IMG/VR virus record: IMGVR_UViG_3300025084_000012
Span: 15,125 to 79,124 of that record
From: a virus
Lineage: Duplodnaviria; Caudoviricetes
Direction: 5' to 3' (one strand)
Length of the DNA stretch: 64,000 nucleotides
This document shows, one piece after another, positions 39,201-46,672 of the stretch; the first letter of the stretch is position 1; every line of letters starts with the position of its first letter. Below the pieces are notes generated by a model that worked only from the letters and a program-made list of their open reading frames with translations, searched no databases and had not been told where the DNA came from. The translations under genes and the position numbers were made by a program.

Positions 39201-42200
39201 GTGCCGTTGTTATAACCGCTACCGCCATCTTTTAGTGACAAAGACTTACCTTTTGAAACTCGATGTTGCATTAAAGCCTTAATCAAAATGTCATTGGATG
39301 AAAATAACTTTCTTGTTTTGTCATGCTCCTTATTTGCGTGATAGGGAATAGCAACTGCATTATTGGTACGAGATGTAATACTGTCACCGAGCGTGCGTTT
39401 CTTAGCCAACGGGCCACCAGTGTGATAACCAGTATGAATAAAATGACCATGTGCTTTACCGTAAAGAGCAGCCTGAGTCATAGCAGTTGTAGCATTGACG
39501 ACACTCGTATTGGTTGTGAACACTTTGAAAACTGCATTATTACCACCACCTGAAATTCTGACTTTGGCTTCACGTCCTCCTCTTGAATTGTTATAACCAC
39601 TACCAGCCGTATGTACTTGTATGTCAGTGATTTGTCCTGAAGCGGCTGTGATATTGACTCTTAGACCTGTTCCACCAGCGTTTATGCTTGTTGTCGCTAC
39701 GTTAGTGGCCGTTGCATAACCAGTTCCATTTTGTCGATGCTGAAAAGTTGCACCAATGGGCTCAAGCCTTGTTACAATTCCTGTAACTGGTTGTAGCGTC
39801 TCATTCGACATGTTGTTAGCGATATTGTGAGCGTAAGCACTTTCCATAAAGTTAGAGTGCTGATACTCTCTGATGTATTTGTTTTGAGAAGGATAACCGT
39901 TAGCAACATCTATTTGAGTGATGAATGGATTCTGAGCACCACCATTGTATTTGATAGAATAGTTGCTTAAGTCAATTTCATCTGTTCCGTCTGCTACATT
40001 GAGTGATGATGATAGTCGTTCAAAGCCTAACTCAGCAGCCTTTGGTGAGGTTTGAACTTGCATGTGTATGTCTTGGAAAGCGACGAACTCACGGTCATGC
40101 GCTACGTCATATAGTAAGACACGAGCATGACCTTCTGTAGCAAGATACGGGTCAAGATAGGCTATGGTCGGTGGGTTACTAATACCGAGATTAGTGTAGT
40201 TCAACTCAATGGTTTTATTGACGTGCTGAACAAAGTTACGAGCCGTTTCAATACAACTATCGCCAATCAAGAAGTTTTCAAGAGGAATCGAATCACGAGG
40301 CTCTGTAGCCATGAGTCCTTGACCGCCGTTGAAGCCTTTCCAAACAAGTGCTTCATTGAGCACACCACGACTCTTAGCGAACATACCCTGAACAGCGTGA
40401 GGGTTGTTGTAGGTCATGTTCATCCATACAGTGTCACCACGACGCAATCCACCTTGAGCATAGGGGAACAACCACGTTCTGTTTAAGCAAGCCTCTTCAT
40501 CATTCTTCATCATCGAATGACATCCAGTTCTGATGTATACCTTGTCCGAGGTGGGTGAACTACTCGCTTGAGCAATCATATTATTGAGACTGGCTAAATT
40601 ATCACCAGTAACCGCCGCCTTAAGGTGAATCCGACTATCAACTGCTGGTACTGTCACTGGGTTTCCTTTAATCGCTCCTTCAACGATGTAATCAACCTGA
40701 CCTAATAGCGTCACAGTAACAGCACTTCCACCGATTTCATGCTCAGCATAAATCCAATCGTTAGGTTTGACATTCAAATAAAGTGTATTGGCTTGTACAA
40801 GTTGAGATTTTGTAGCAGAGGAAAGAGCCAGCGTATCAGTCGCAGTAAGACCCGTTATCTCCCACGGCGATGAGTAAAACACGGCTCTACCAGTGTGTGA
40901 TTTGTTTACGGTGTTGTCTAACTTTGTGTTGTATTTATCACTTGAAAAGAAAACATCGTAACCGTATTTTGTTAATGTTGCTACTTCGCCTTTTAGTGTA
41001 TCATTCTTGAGATAAGAAGGAGTTGCGTTGTTTTCCTTTGTCATTACTATAATACTCGACAGTGTATCAAGAGAATCAGTAGGCGTCAGTCCACCACTAA
41101 CCAATGTGCTTTTGTTTTTATTGCCCTCTCCAAAATATACGAATGTGTTTGTGCCAATTTCCAAACTGTAGTGAGCCTGTCCCATCTTCCATTCATAATC
41201 GGAGTTGATGTCGTTTGGTTGTCTTTCAATAGATGGAAACTTGTTTACATCTTCTTGACTCATGATAAGATGAGCAAAACCAGTATACACCGAGCCATTC
41301 ATAATTGGCTCTACACTCAGAATAGTCCCCGTTGCTCGACCACTTTGTACTCTTGCTGCGTGAGGATTTGATAGTGGCCCTGCCTTAAACTCAACTGCAC
41401 TCACATACTGGCGCAAACCATAATCGACGTTACCGCCTTGTGTTTTTACACTGGCTGAGTCATAGTAGTATTCACTTCTATTCTCGAAATCAGCAGCGAC
41501 GTTGAGAGCATCTCCTTTTAGTGGGACTAAGACCTCAGAGTCGTATGAGTTACCCATAATTAGAGGTGTACCTGTTACTAATCCAGATATAAAACCCTTA
41601 GACACATAGGACTTTTCTTTTACAATTTCTATGTAACCATCAGTCGTTGGGTTATTAGAGTACATAGCCCACTCTCCTGAAGGAAGAAACACCCTACGGA
41701 ACAACAATACATTATCGACATTGAAGTGTTTGGTGTTAGATGTTGTTACATCACCTGCTGGAAACATGGTTGGGTTACTGACGTAAACACGATAAGCACT
41801 TGAAAGCGTTTCAAAGTTTACAATGTTTGATTGATTCTTTCTTTCATTAGTAAGAATACTCTTGGCATACGCCCCGTATGCGCTTCTATCAGATGGAGGA
41901 AGGTCTTGGTATCTACGACCAACTGGAGATGGGTTCCATGTATGAGCAGTCATAGTAGGGTCGATGTGTAGTTTTAACGAATTATCAGGGCTTGGATAAC
42001 TGTTGTTCTTTTTATCAATAAAGAACTGCCCTCTAAACAAAGGAATTTCGACCAAAGCACGAGTTGAAGCAAATTGAGTTCCAAGTTGGTAATCGTGAGA
42101 TACGTTGTCCATTGATTGAAACATTCGGTCATTGACTGTTGTACCGTCTGACTGTAGATTTTCAATAAAGAAGTGTCCGTCTCCCATGATGATTTCACCA

Positions 42201-45200
42201 AGAGGGAAATCTTGAGACTGTGTACCTGATAAAGCACTGGCGTCTTTACGCAAACCACTACCAATCACCCATTCTTGGAACGTAGCAACAGCGTTACCAT
42301 TAGGTAAAAGGAAGCGACGAGTAGAAACATGGGAATCAGAGAATAAGAAACAAGCACCAGTCTTACTTTGATACTCTGCGTTTGCTCCATTCTTCAAATA
42401 AATTCTACCTATTTTTGGAAAAGGATAAGTTCCCCAACTCGCTAAATCAGGAGAGTCATTATTGAGAGGAGACACTTCGATAAACTGAGTTCCGTTACTG
42501 GTACTCAAATCTACCCTTACTTTGGTAGCAAGGCAAGAGAATCCTCTTCGGCTACTGTATGGTAGATGAGCCAGTGTGCTTATGTCAAAAGATGGTTTTG
42601 TATCATATGCTCCCTGACCTACACCTCCTAACGTGACACTAACAACGGGTGCGTTGGGGTCTATTTCTTTGACCACATGAGAGTCAGGGCTACCTGAGCC
42701 TAACTCATTGATACTTCGGGTAGAAGCAACGTCAGAAAGACCAACGCAGTGAACAAGTGTGGAGCGTCCATTTTCGTCTTCTACTTGTTCAATACCACGC
42801 AACTTAGAGCGTCCCATCAAAAACATAACAGTGGCTATGTTGCTGGAGTTAGGTCTGTCTCTCTTAGAATAAACATACTGCAACTGATTTGTACGTGCTC
42901 TATCAGAAGGTTGAACGAAGAAACGATGTGTAATTGTAGGACTATTCTTAATTTCAACATTGTCGATAATATCAAATATCTCGTGAATAGGAGACGCTGA
43001 CGAAGTTACACCTATGTCGAATTGACCAGCACTTGGGCTACCGTGAACCGTATGAGGTGTCATGCGGTTGAACTCGGAAGATAGAGTAAGAGAGCCGCTA
43101 TCCGCTACTCTTTCAATCAGTATACGATGAAATACAGAATCGTGCTGGGCTTTTGTGGTATGAGATGCTGTTAGATTCTGAGGAGTTGTGTTCCCTACAG
43201 TTCCTGATGCTGTGAAATTAGCAGGTGTGAGTCGTTCATCTAATTCAACATCGGCTTCAAAGCCCTCGCTAATGTCGCCTACTAACGAGTGACTGAAATT
43301 GACTGAACCTAAATTACCTTCCTTTGACTTTCCGACATCAATGTAACCACCAGCGGCATAGAGTGTAGCGTTACCAGCAGCGACATCGGTTGCTATATCG
43401 TCGTAAACATACACACCACTGGAGACTACATAATTCGACGCTGGTACTGTTTTTTCAATCATGAGCATTGGTGCTGTTTTACTCATTGAAGCCCCTGTGA
43501 AATCAATAGCGTTGTAATGAACTTCGACATACGGAGCAAGCCCACGACTGGCGAGTGTAGGAACGTGCAATAAGGCTACACGACTATCTCTTGATGGGTG
43601 CAAGTGAAACTTACGAACATTTGCATCAATGTTGTTCATGTCTTGAGGCACTGGCCCTTTCAAAACAAACGGAAGTGGGTCAAAGTCGTTGCTTGTAGCA
43701 CTTGCACCGCCAAGTGCTATCAGCGTTCTGTCTGCTCCGCTTAGCCCATTAGAGACAATCTCGTGGACAATACTGTCATTGACCACTCTTAAAGTTTCAA
43801 AAGATGCTGTGTCTTTGTAGTAATCAACTTGAGAGTTGATAGGGAACATTGAGTCAATACCTTTTGAAGCAGCATCATATGTTAGGGTAAGAATATCAGA
43901 ATTACCAGCCTGTTGGTCAAGCGTTTCTTCATTGGCACGAGGCATCAGTCTAAGGTAATGATGCCCTTGAACATGGTTGAGCGTATGACGACCTGAGTGT
44001 CCTATCTGAAAACTTTCATCTAAATCGGTAGGCCAAGCCACCGCAAACGGGTTATTTGTATCGACAGCAGTTGTAGACATGCGGCTGGAATACACCATAG
44101 CGTGTTGCTCGTATTGACCCTCATCAATCAACATCTGACCTGCTCTGTCAATCAACTGTGTAGCAAGATGAGGTGGCTGATATGGACGACCAGTGCCGTT
44201 TTCAATCAGACAATCGGCTGAGATTACAACGAATGAGTTTGCTCCGTTAGCCGGTGTGTGTGTAGAATGTAAAATAGGTCGCAGTCCATTTGTATTGGTT
44301 GTTGTTTTGAAATCCAAGTGAATACTCGATACCAATAATTTACCATTGTTGATGTCTATGCTATGGAGCCTTACACGCTCAGGTGGTTTACCGTTTGGCT
44401 TCTTTGAGTCTTGATTGATTGAGCCGGGATTGATGAGGAGATTGTAAGGAACGTGAGGTACGAGATGATTGATAGTTGTACCGGGTGTACTGTATCTGTC
44501 GATAACAGAGTAGTCACCAGTTGAGTATGGAGAGACTGTAAAATCAACAGAAGAGTCAGTAATTGTTTTACCAGTCAAAGCGTCAGCCAAAGCCTGTGCA
44601 TCAGTAGAATCAATAGCAAGGAGAGTGAGGTTGCTATCTGCTGAGGTGCCGGTAATAGTGTAGACATCTTTCAACGGAGTCACTGGCTCTTCAAATCTAT
44701 ACAACGATACCGTCTTATCACCAACCATTGATGGGTTACGAGTTGTCATCTCGTTGCTAAACGATGAAGAGACATGAATACCCTCGATTACGCCTCTAAA
44801 TTCACCACCTTTACCACCAATGTAGACGTGTGAGTTGTTCGATACCAAAGTTGCATCAATAGGAATAATTTGTTGAGCCACCAAGTCGCCGTTGATATAA
44901 ATTTCAGCCTTACCATTGTTGATACAAGCAACAAGATGATAGAGTGGTCTTTGGTTTTGGCTTAGCGATGTTGCTTTATCTTTACCGCTATCAAAACGAT
45001 TGTAAGAGTCGTCCAGTCCATCAAATGTAGTCACTGGGTAAACTTGTCCATCGTACCCATTTGTCTCAGGCTGTGCACTACGAAGAAAAACTTTCATTGA
45101 ACCAATAGAAGAAGAAAGATTAGCCTCAAACTCAACTGGGCCGGGAGTATCAACACTTCCTATGCTAAGACGAAACTGACCATCTTTCATAAGAACCACA

Positions 45201-45433
45201 CCACCGCAGTCGGGAACAACCCACGCTTCGATAGCCAAGCCATTTCCTAATACGTCAGCAATCATCCCTCGCCCTGTTGCATGAGAAACTATAGACGCTG
45301 AACTTTTACGGGTGATGGCTGTCTCTTTGTCGTAGTCTTCTCCTAACTTACTGAAGTTTCCCTGTGGTATAATGACGCTATCACTCACACCATCAAAGAA
45401 TAAAGCGTGGTTAGATTGAAGCATGATTGGCAT
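27254..45433 (-). CDS. giant (6059 aa) tail-associated protein with N-terminal LamG-like domain
   Basis: Uninterrupted 18.2-kb ORF; LFFDG...IEAWV...YHLV...IYING..V...YIGG LamG pattern; lies within the tail module. Confidence 0.85.
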   Translation of the reverse strand: MPIMLQSNHALFFDGVSDSVIIPQGNFSKLGEDYDKETAITRKSSASIVSHATGRGMIADVLGNGLAIEAWVVPDCGGVVLMKDGQFRLSIGSVDTPGPVEFEANLSSSIGSMKVFLRSAQPETNGYDGQVYPVTTFDGLDDSYNRFDSGKDKATSLSQNQRPLYHLVACINNGKAEIYINGDLVAQQIIPIDATLVSNNSHVYIGGKGGEFRGVIEGIHVSSSFSNEMTTRNPSMVGDKTVSLYRFEEPVTPLKDVYTITGTSADSNLTLLAIDSTDAQALADALTGKTITDSSVDFTVSPYSTGDYSVIDRYSTPGTTINHLVPHVPYNLLINPGSINQDSKKPNGKPPERVRLHSIDINNGKLLVSSIHLDFKTTTNTNGLRPILHSTHTPANGANSFVVISADCLIENGTGRPYQPPHLATQLIDRAGQMLIDEGQYEQHAMVYSSRMSTTAVDTNNPFAVAWPTDLDESFQIGHSGRHTLNHVQGHHYLRLMPRANEETLDQQAGNSDILTLTYDAASKGIDSMFPINSQVDYYKDTASFETLRVVNDSIVHEIVSNGLSGADRTLIALGGASATSNDFDPLPFVLKGPVPQDMNNIDANVRKFHLHPSRDSRVALLHVPTLASRGLAPYVEVHYNAIDFTGASMSKTAPMLMIEKTVPASNYVVSSGVYVYDDIATDVAAGNATLYAAGGYIDVGKSKEGNLGSVNFSHSLVGDISEGFEADVELDERLTPANFTASGTVGNTTPQNLTASHTTKAQHDSVFHRILIERVADSGSLTLSSEFNRMTPHTVHGSPSAGQFDIGVTSSASPIHEIFDIIDNVEIKNSPTITHRFFVQPSDRARTNQLQYVYSKRDRPNSSNIATVMFLMGRSKLRGIEQVEDENGRSTLVHCVGLSDVASTRSINELGSGSPDSHVVKEIDPNAPVVSVTLGGVGQGAYDTKPSFDISTLAHLPYSSRRGFSCLATKVRVDLSTSNGTQFIEVSPLNNDSPDLASWGTYPFPKIGRIYLKNGANAEYQSKTGACFLFSDSHVSTRRFLLPNGNAVATFQEWVIGSGLRKDASALSGTQSQDFPLGEIIMGDGHFFIENLQSDGTTVNDRMFQSMDNVSHDYQLGTQFASTRALVEIPLFRGQFFIDKKNNSYPSPDNSLKLHIDPTMTAHTWNPSPVGRRYQDLPPSDRSAYGAYAKSILTNERKNQSNIVNFETLSSAYRVYVSNPTMFPAGDVTTSNTKHFNVDNVLLFRRVFLPSGEWAMYSNNPTTDGYIEIVKEKSYVSKGFISGLVTGTPLIMGNSYDSEVLVPLKGDALNVAADFENRSEYYYDSASVKTQGGNVDYGLRQYVSAVEFKAGPLSNPHAARVQSGRATGTILSVEPIMNGSVYTGFAHLIMSQEDVNKFPSIERQPNDINSDYEWKMGQAHYSLEIGTNTFVYFGEGNKNKSTLVSGGLTPTDSLDTLSSIIVMTKENNATPSYLKNDTLKGEVATLTKYGYDVFFSSDKYNTKLDNTVNKSHTGRAVFYSSPWEITGLTATDTLALSSATKSQLVQANTLYLNVKPNDWIYAEHEIGGSAVTVTLLGQVDYIVEGAIKGNPVTVPAVDSRIHLKAAVTGDNLASLNNMIAQASSSPTSDKVYIRTGCHSMMKNDEEACLNRTWLFPYAQGGLRRGDTVWMNMTYNNPHAVQGMFAKSRGVLNEALVWKGFNGGQGLMATEPRDSIPLENFLIGDSCIETARNFVQHVNKTIELNYTNLGISNPPTIAYLDPYLATEGHARVLLYDVAHDREFVAFQDIHMQVQTSPKAAELGFERLSSSLNVADGTDEIDLSNYSIKYNGGAQNPFITQIDVANGYPSQNKYIREYQHSNFMESAYAHNIANNMSNETLQPVTGIVTRLEPIGATFQHRQNGTGYATATNVATTSINAGGTGLRVNITAASGQITDIQVHTAGSGYNNSRGGREAKVRISGGGNNAVFKVFTTNTSVVNATTAMTQAALYGKAHGHFIHTGYHTGGPLAKKRTLGDSITSRTNNAVAIPYHANKEHDKTRKLFSSNDILIKALMQHRVSKGKSLSLKDGGSGYNNGTFYNVKTTTNGQGHGMTVDVTISGAAVVTAVINRQGDTSYEEGDTIFISDRSLHILPLATANVSGDGKGSFTLFMNRRNEETSTLFDTPDGTRVIPAFLALKGVRSEALDLSNMSETRLQHLPQWTQMDFTRRMTIDLGEVAVRDGITSVEAAATEVVRMINQAAAKKGRTHSNNTNKQYPVKIAGEADFATTGSTHDPVVWWDEDKAFESHDKGTHMGYVRAHLGRVVRDIDGNEEGFSVIIHSTVPGATGRNFAVWLDNSKGQVPYKPEFMIGHGGRFRTFWCLPDELSGENMHPAPMPLNKHGRPFAPITSLRQYTQPDESMQVVASKGEFSNNHDETTTPRLRAVSAHSGSGQNHNTLNTESLEVEGFNTSFTEGLRVGTNAVARINFGGLVSAGIPGFAPDAGQWGFGRKGNDKLANDYGQLTKVSNTDPATSYTGHIPTAQVFPDSIGDSSMYAMRLQDHRGVEHGIRYIYKNIGEKFALDNTLLPKTLENEIVVYFNHKDCSQGGFTIGKHMHGISDPTGRFPAIPDNAALANWRGNLWRGAPAPNASYNTDVVYNTTDKTITVTLYAPYDDCPHHDLLGYMGFPVENGVIHLSDPYNDIGEVSSLSAGSGYGAGLSGAVATGTGDGSGMTLSIDTNGSGEVTAVVITSLGEGSYTNGETITVVGQGGTNATFTFSNSLSGNWGNMFSYTHRTRDNNAGRTGTHVFHGVTGDTYSSQHKIHTHSSTAPKLTIGNYVVGEETDAISALITPVANWTTLVTDELMAAVTAAAINLSDPNEGTTFDCTDMYAADGRTFGEWGITEESISIKAYNTKGNIESISNFFTANLSQDVGIRASHIEYGEVESLKLNGDGVTVGGDGTRPIGDGLIAKGRSINCGYIPSTIIQITTKGRGHNANTATPNIVDSQNNPINTNTWRKNLIGENFIESSGDLILPNLDNPTLKMTNVHSASIMALHSDNEMWHFAKPAGQEASVNHYENGQTHDYTRVDSFGNKTSISYGIETAVTEGQNVNSGGFVSEKAFSQLSDENLRSSKWPSAIPSPAETLVIQKYADKRAYLFAGKRSLGSVHSLPIIHFTGARDGPDNYVPLYFGGGFSGATIDINDGTKNDYSEHNTHPYANGPTGSAGIQNANEVLSSFSTLDCNAIMAFFPATALLKQHHGSINPPVYNKDNILSQDLKRGAWAGVGSTHPNLAPYAAGVHMQVPSPMVLRFAHPTARYNDHRDGVENKTTYIIFGPGQAFPLTQEVTSPINTFEPHPGHAVSTGNTWSRVPNMTNSRPFLPNHIQNSTGEYMPERAATQLAKHRFHYRQVLNWESPVGIPDTVFLRERPENGRNYGNSLTTNAFEHYSTASNFTDDVAKAYAVVQPSRHAMFYGGGMVKNSDLCWHMDNGNHPGGSWMDNQITMNPPRESDSLRVALATGATQINKTAFRVAGTLATRMLYSNDNSSSPDFAAETLVHGDVDHEYIVVDATRCQNGEELACLLGAAINTFPGKGALKAIGGTFMPSMGNSTRQDRYGWLEARTTNIRNDVYGGATPVGTVTGATDVAGHGYSNNVVSTTPMVRTVTAPVTFTANVTSGVAAIAVTGTFPATIQAGQSISGTGIQANSVVASVDSVGGTVTVNPAPNVSNSGVTITYIHNTLGNTASSASNLKSGDCFIDLVVLAGAGVDEQANANRVPASGWLRTEANHDYGGAVSSSVKSSAWASYHSRAFYRDGTDLFCRFYLSNNKLTGLKAFEDGEAWRIYANTSTAFNSTSGSNVGGVTLPHPAVNTTGNPTVGTTVWIWSKSGTIGVDNSASSRFTTYGIGATHFSGIADAIDRTKPVGAVGWHGERYSYLNTLSVDSGFSAGLGAWHSMLGFSPYGGSSSCANVLGHLPHTTPLPNSPESMPPTDIPGRSLTNFPSDGDSEADSVSYGVDDPIAFGTYVVGWADGAQFNNPPVMRDMPEIQKELIHAQGTYSRALLVVAHEGELSLVARKDRDNYTSTGDYLLAGGTTQWDERFHHSDRFVAPANAGPNVEALIADNTAPPTISDYTASGVLDSSPFNAQIHLHGSISADTSLSNAEPCLAETGDLFFDIDKNVGILNHKEAAGIANRNLATDFITNSNPSTQMTSTTHATQSGIFWAGDVNAYDVLKRSPHKNFSTEHVVWKRMDGGTVTMPTSNARGLGAVPWITRVKDAVVGGAAGTAHQMGEKLYGNIRFSFETTNSAMMPVLQAQEIAHPTLAKEHPIAIGNVLEIPNEEIQFEDISVVDDTGQVHTLEGGSPLGIVIRAYKPASTRLASGLQPVPANSGIPPNFEIQLPDPESIPGNILIRSGFDPIQAYQTETFGDGGMIHPDLGATHLGHLFDNVVKSPRKGPTMNEVGWEHISQDENFPESTRDGWVTATGNNTLRSSYEQQDRALYFHITKMGHSHTEKFPTTYTHSAGVVNQALTVDSYTSTSITASATINENIFSTGFGTQEVADNRRFIRISNATGESVIASYESISSDVFDDLVGDIDFTQFMADNFAVGALTITPSYYVPAGSARIFAARRLRDHAEVSGNSPDMAHTEYFTGNALTTIHSRYSRPQLTPMPIPRMGHHFVNATMPMMPGHWAHPAYQGLYEKANSDHLALVRDEDYTTLADNLVEVDGTTNNQTSVPTAVKDRLFPLNPALRVGSLTANPSGPSDIHGGAFTLMFETKIKYDGYGILASKGTAGDMNKAGGHSIVLEAGGNYTQANHFPDPAEVGAYQIVIQPNLRSQQVTGFHLNNSSATTLPDVSTPSNNTAVLTSQQVSLVIGIKYDEERHSTLTDGANIGGVTLILAEATLADVRGCEIFLNEVILDHDPDHGSQLANIPPMLLYNPLGVQGSESPSFTRRGHPYHPTTPDVAFKDATPGFTTSIPWWSIMHQGTPSDASAVGFRHLSLYRIDNYYQFCRASYGAVAAQLTLAGYPSIYPDIYSKIMENVSLAPTCKVVGAHSSATAIQVDDASLFPEKPYYEQKLQYIDSSTGKTVSFSYTTRQGLSHSSATMNEPDVFHLPTGVTIADGTKLTLSKSYSTKSVNDIFTKDNESVLTKNLSQLLTGTRDTNSLFSTDSYLCAWSPNLGRPHTFYSDASRTWITNGDNHTLDRAVNNAAYNSMPQHFETIHYQDVNYTASHGPLTLQMKTPVPPKALAGTVSSVTTTTVTVITMSDTVTGVSNQDVLFANGRVLGRVNGVSGADITLYSEIFESNLAAGDKVYLDGDGEILSGTDINSISGLSAQGGAYMLTNYWPCGSRGGPLISRLDGYAMSSAAWHVPQSYAHNAGIHWKDDDDDGSYAVANGVSTTSLSSIRTYPFGYRFGLRQAWNRPQWGHYGMRAFQEQATHSGASNLAVGYKAGPLVEYETITSNGWLYAGGDSTQSSTNLPTTYVGILERGTTAAGMLNADKYEWQVRYSDGRRMTRGFGCALRTLKNASTVIRDWWGDSAGMGKNFYKDAVSYYLIDWWGNTRGEDIRRMPVRSFGINPSWDAGDAYEYDRTNGRTPYARIWNNNKPIFNLKGIAADSDTSSGAVLASPTVTIPRFGGRKNTGNNNADTTLVDVFAPTNALRVGDMGNGRGVRFPTQFNEDRLVELSAVYQNSGVVLSSNTAEPTFGQGLIRPRNDALQPSEIVRGISARLEVDEDGLLKPEATVSDKVESISGTSVHKDAVSRSSPRIGIDGDTVESLTGSNANMVAINSEAHSLHTNRGVGQRVVLHGGMQSGSQTLGDYDLTALSFAAQPHGGVMRFSHTSNFKPMGGTYILEARSFASPFDDTGWGRSGMSGTKTSNPYQTTSSVASQTNMADDSVQFMLRPIRLLDNQHIAVFRPALALHTDSKQNGSTAFTATAGGKYGMFTYSTPNGRASSGSYMRATNPNTSAPYQPVYLVESSSDTVPVSKGPKLPGTEVTGFDKTTLKSTVTRLVISENTLQHFKSDAPRRTGESKDYTVKPRFSQSLHSKGHKEDVSFNTSDHSGDA

Positions 45434-45442
45434 ATCGTCACC

Positions 45443-46672
45443 TCAAATAATCATGTCAATTGGTGCAAAGACCATTTGATATGTGTAATGCTGCTCCCCA
45501 GCGCTGTAGCCTACATCTAACTTCTGTATCGTGCCTTGAATACCAGTAGCATCGTCAGTAGTGCTAAACTCTTGATTAGCACTACCTCTATTGTTATCAG
45601 ATACTTTATCCCCTGTTGATTTGAAAATACCAGTGCGAATCAAAAAGTTACGCACGCTGTATTTTTTACCATTTTCAGCGGTAATCATTGAGTTGTAAGG
45701 TATCTGTAAACCAATAGGATAGTCTCCGTTGAAAAAAGCCTGAGTGCCTGTAGCCGCTATAGCACCAGCGGCGATAAGAGCAGTACCACCTGTGGCTACA
45801 CCTACTGCTATACCAGCAAGTAAAGCGGCAGTACCTCTATCTGTGTTATGTAAAATACCATACAAGTCTTGCACTTTATCACCAGCAGATTTGTTATTCA
45901 AATCTGTAGCACTCGTGCCTCCACTGAATACTCTGTGATATGGAGCGTAGTCGCCACCAGCCCTAAATTCTATAGAAGCGGAAGTAGGCATACTCCCTGT
46001 TGTGCCTTGCGTAAGCGTAAGTTTTGAACTACCAGCAGCAGGTGCGAATTCAGATGTCGATACAGAACCATTGATTGTTGAATTAAGATGGCTACCGCCC
46101 AATGCTGTGATGATTGACTGGGCTATGACTGCTGGAGGGGTGAGTGTAGTGTGTGTGTAAATTTTTGTCCCTGAAGGGCCGGGGTCAGAATCGCTTGATG
46201 AGACATTTGATACACCGGGATTAGAAAAATCACCACTACCTGCTATAAAGAAAATCTCCAACACTGTTCCGTCTTGTTCCGTCAAAGTTAATTCACGAAG
46301 ATTATCGTAAAAAACTCGGTCTGCTACTTGATTAAATTGTCCTACTGTGTTATTTTCAGCCTGATTTACAGCAAAGTCAATGACAGCAGTAGCGGCTGTA
46401 GCAGCCGATGAGCGTCGGTTTACATCGTCGTCAGTAAAGATACCTTCAATAACAATAGTAGAATTGACCATATTCAAGTCAATACCTATGCGCTTTCCTC
46501 CGAAAAGAGGAATAGGCATACCACCTACTTTTCGCTCTACACTGAGAGCAATAGAAAGAGCCTGAAGTTCCATAGGAGGAAAGGCTCCATTACCTCCACC
46601 AATGAAAGGAACGCCATCCAGTAGACCAGCATCGAAGTGAAGGCGAATTGGTGTGCCGTAGCCGTCGCTCAT
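45443..46672 (-). CDS. distal tail protein-like
   Basis: Directly downstream of the tape measure gene; beta-rich. The call is positional. Confidence 0.5.
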   Translation of the reverse strand: MSDGYGTPIRLHFDAGLLDGVPFIGGGNGAFPPMELQALSIALSVERKVGGMPIPLFGGKRIGIDLNMVNSTIVIEGIFTDDDVNRRSSAATAATAVIDFAVNQAENNTVGQFNQVADRVFYDNLRELTLTEQDGTVLEIFFIAGSGDFSNPGVSNVSSSDSDPGPSGTKIYTHTTLTPPAVIAQSIITALGGSHLNSTINGSVSTSEFAPAAGSSKLTLTQGTTGSMPTSASIEFRAGGDYAPYHRVFSGGTSATDLNNKSAGDKVQDLYGILHNTDRGTAALLAGIAVGVATGGTALIAAGAIAATGTQAFFNGDYPIGLQIPYNSMITAENGKKYSVRNFLIRTGIFKSTGDKVSDNNRGSANQEFSTTDDATGIQGTIQKLDVGYSAGEQHYTYQMVFAPIDMII

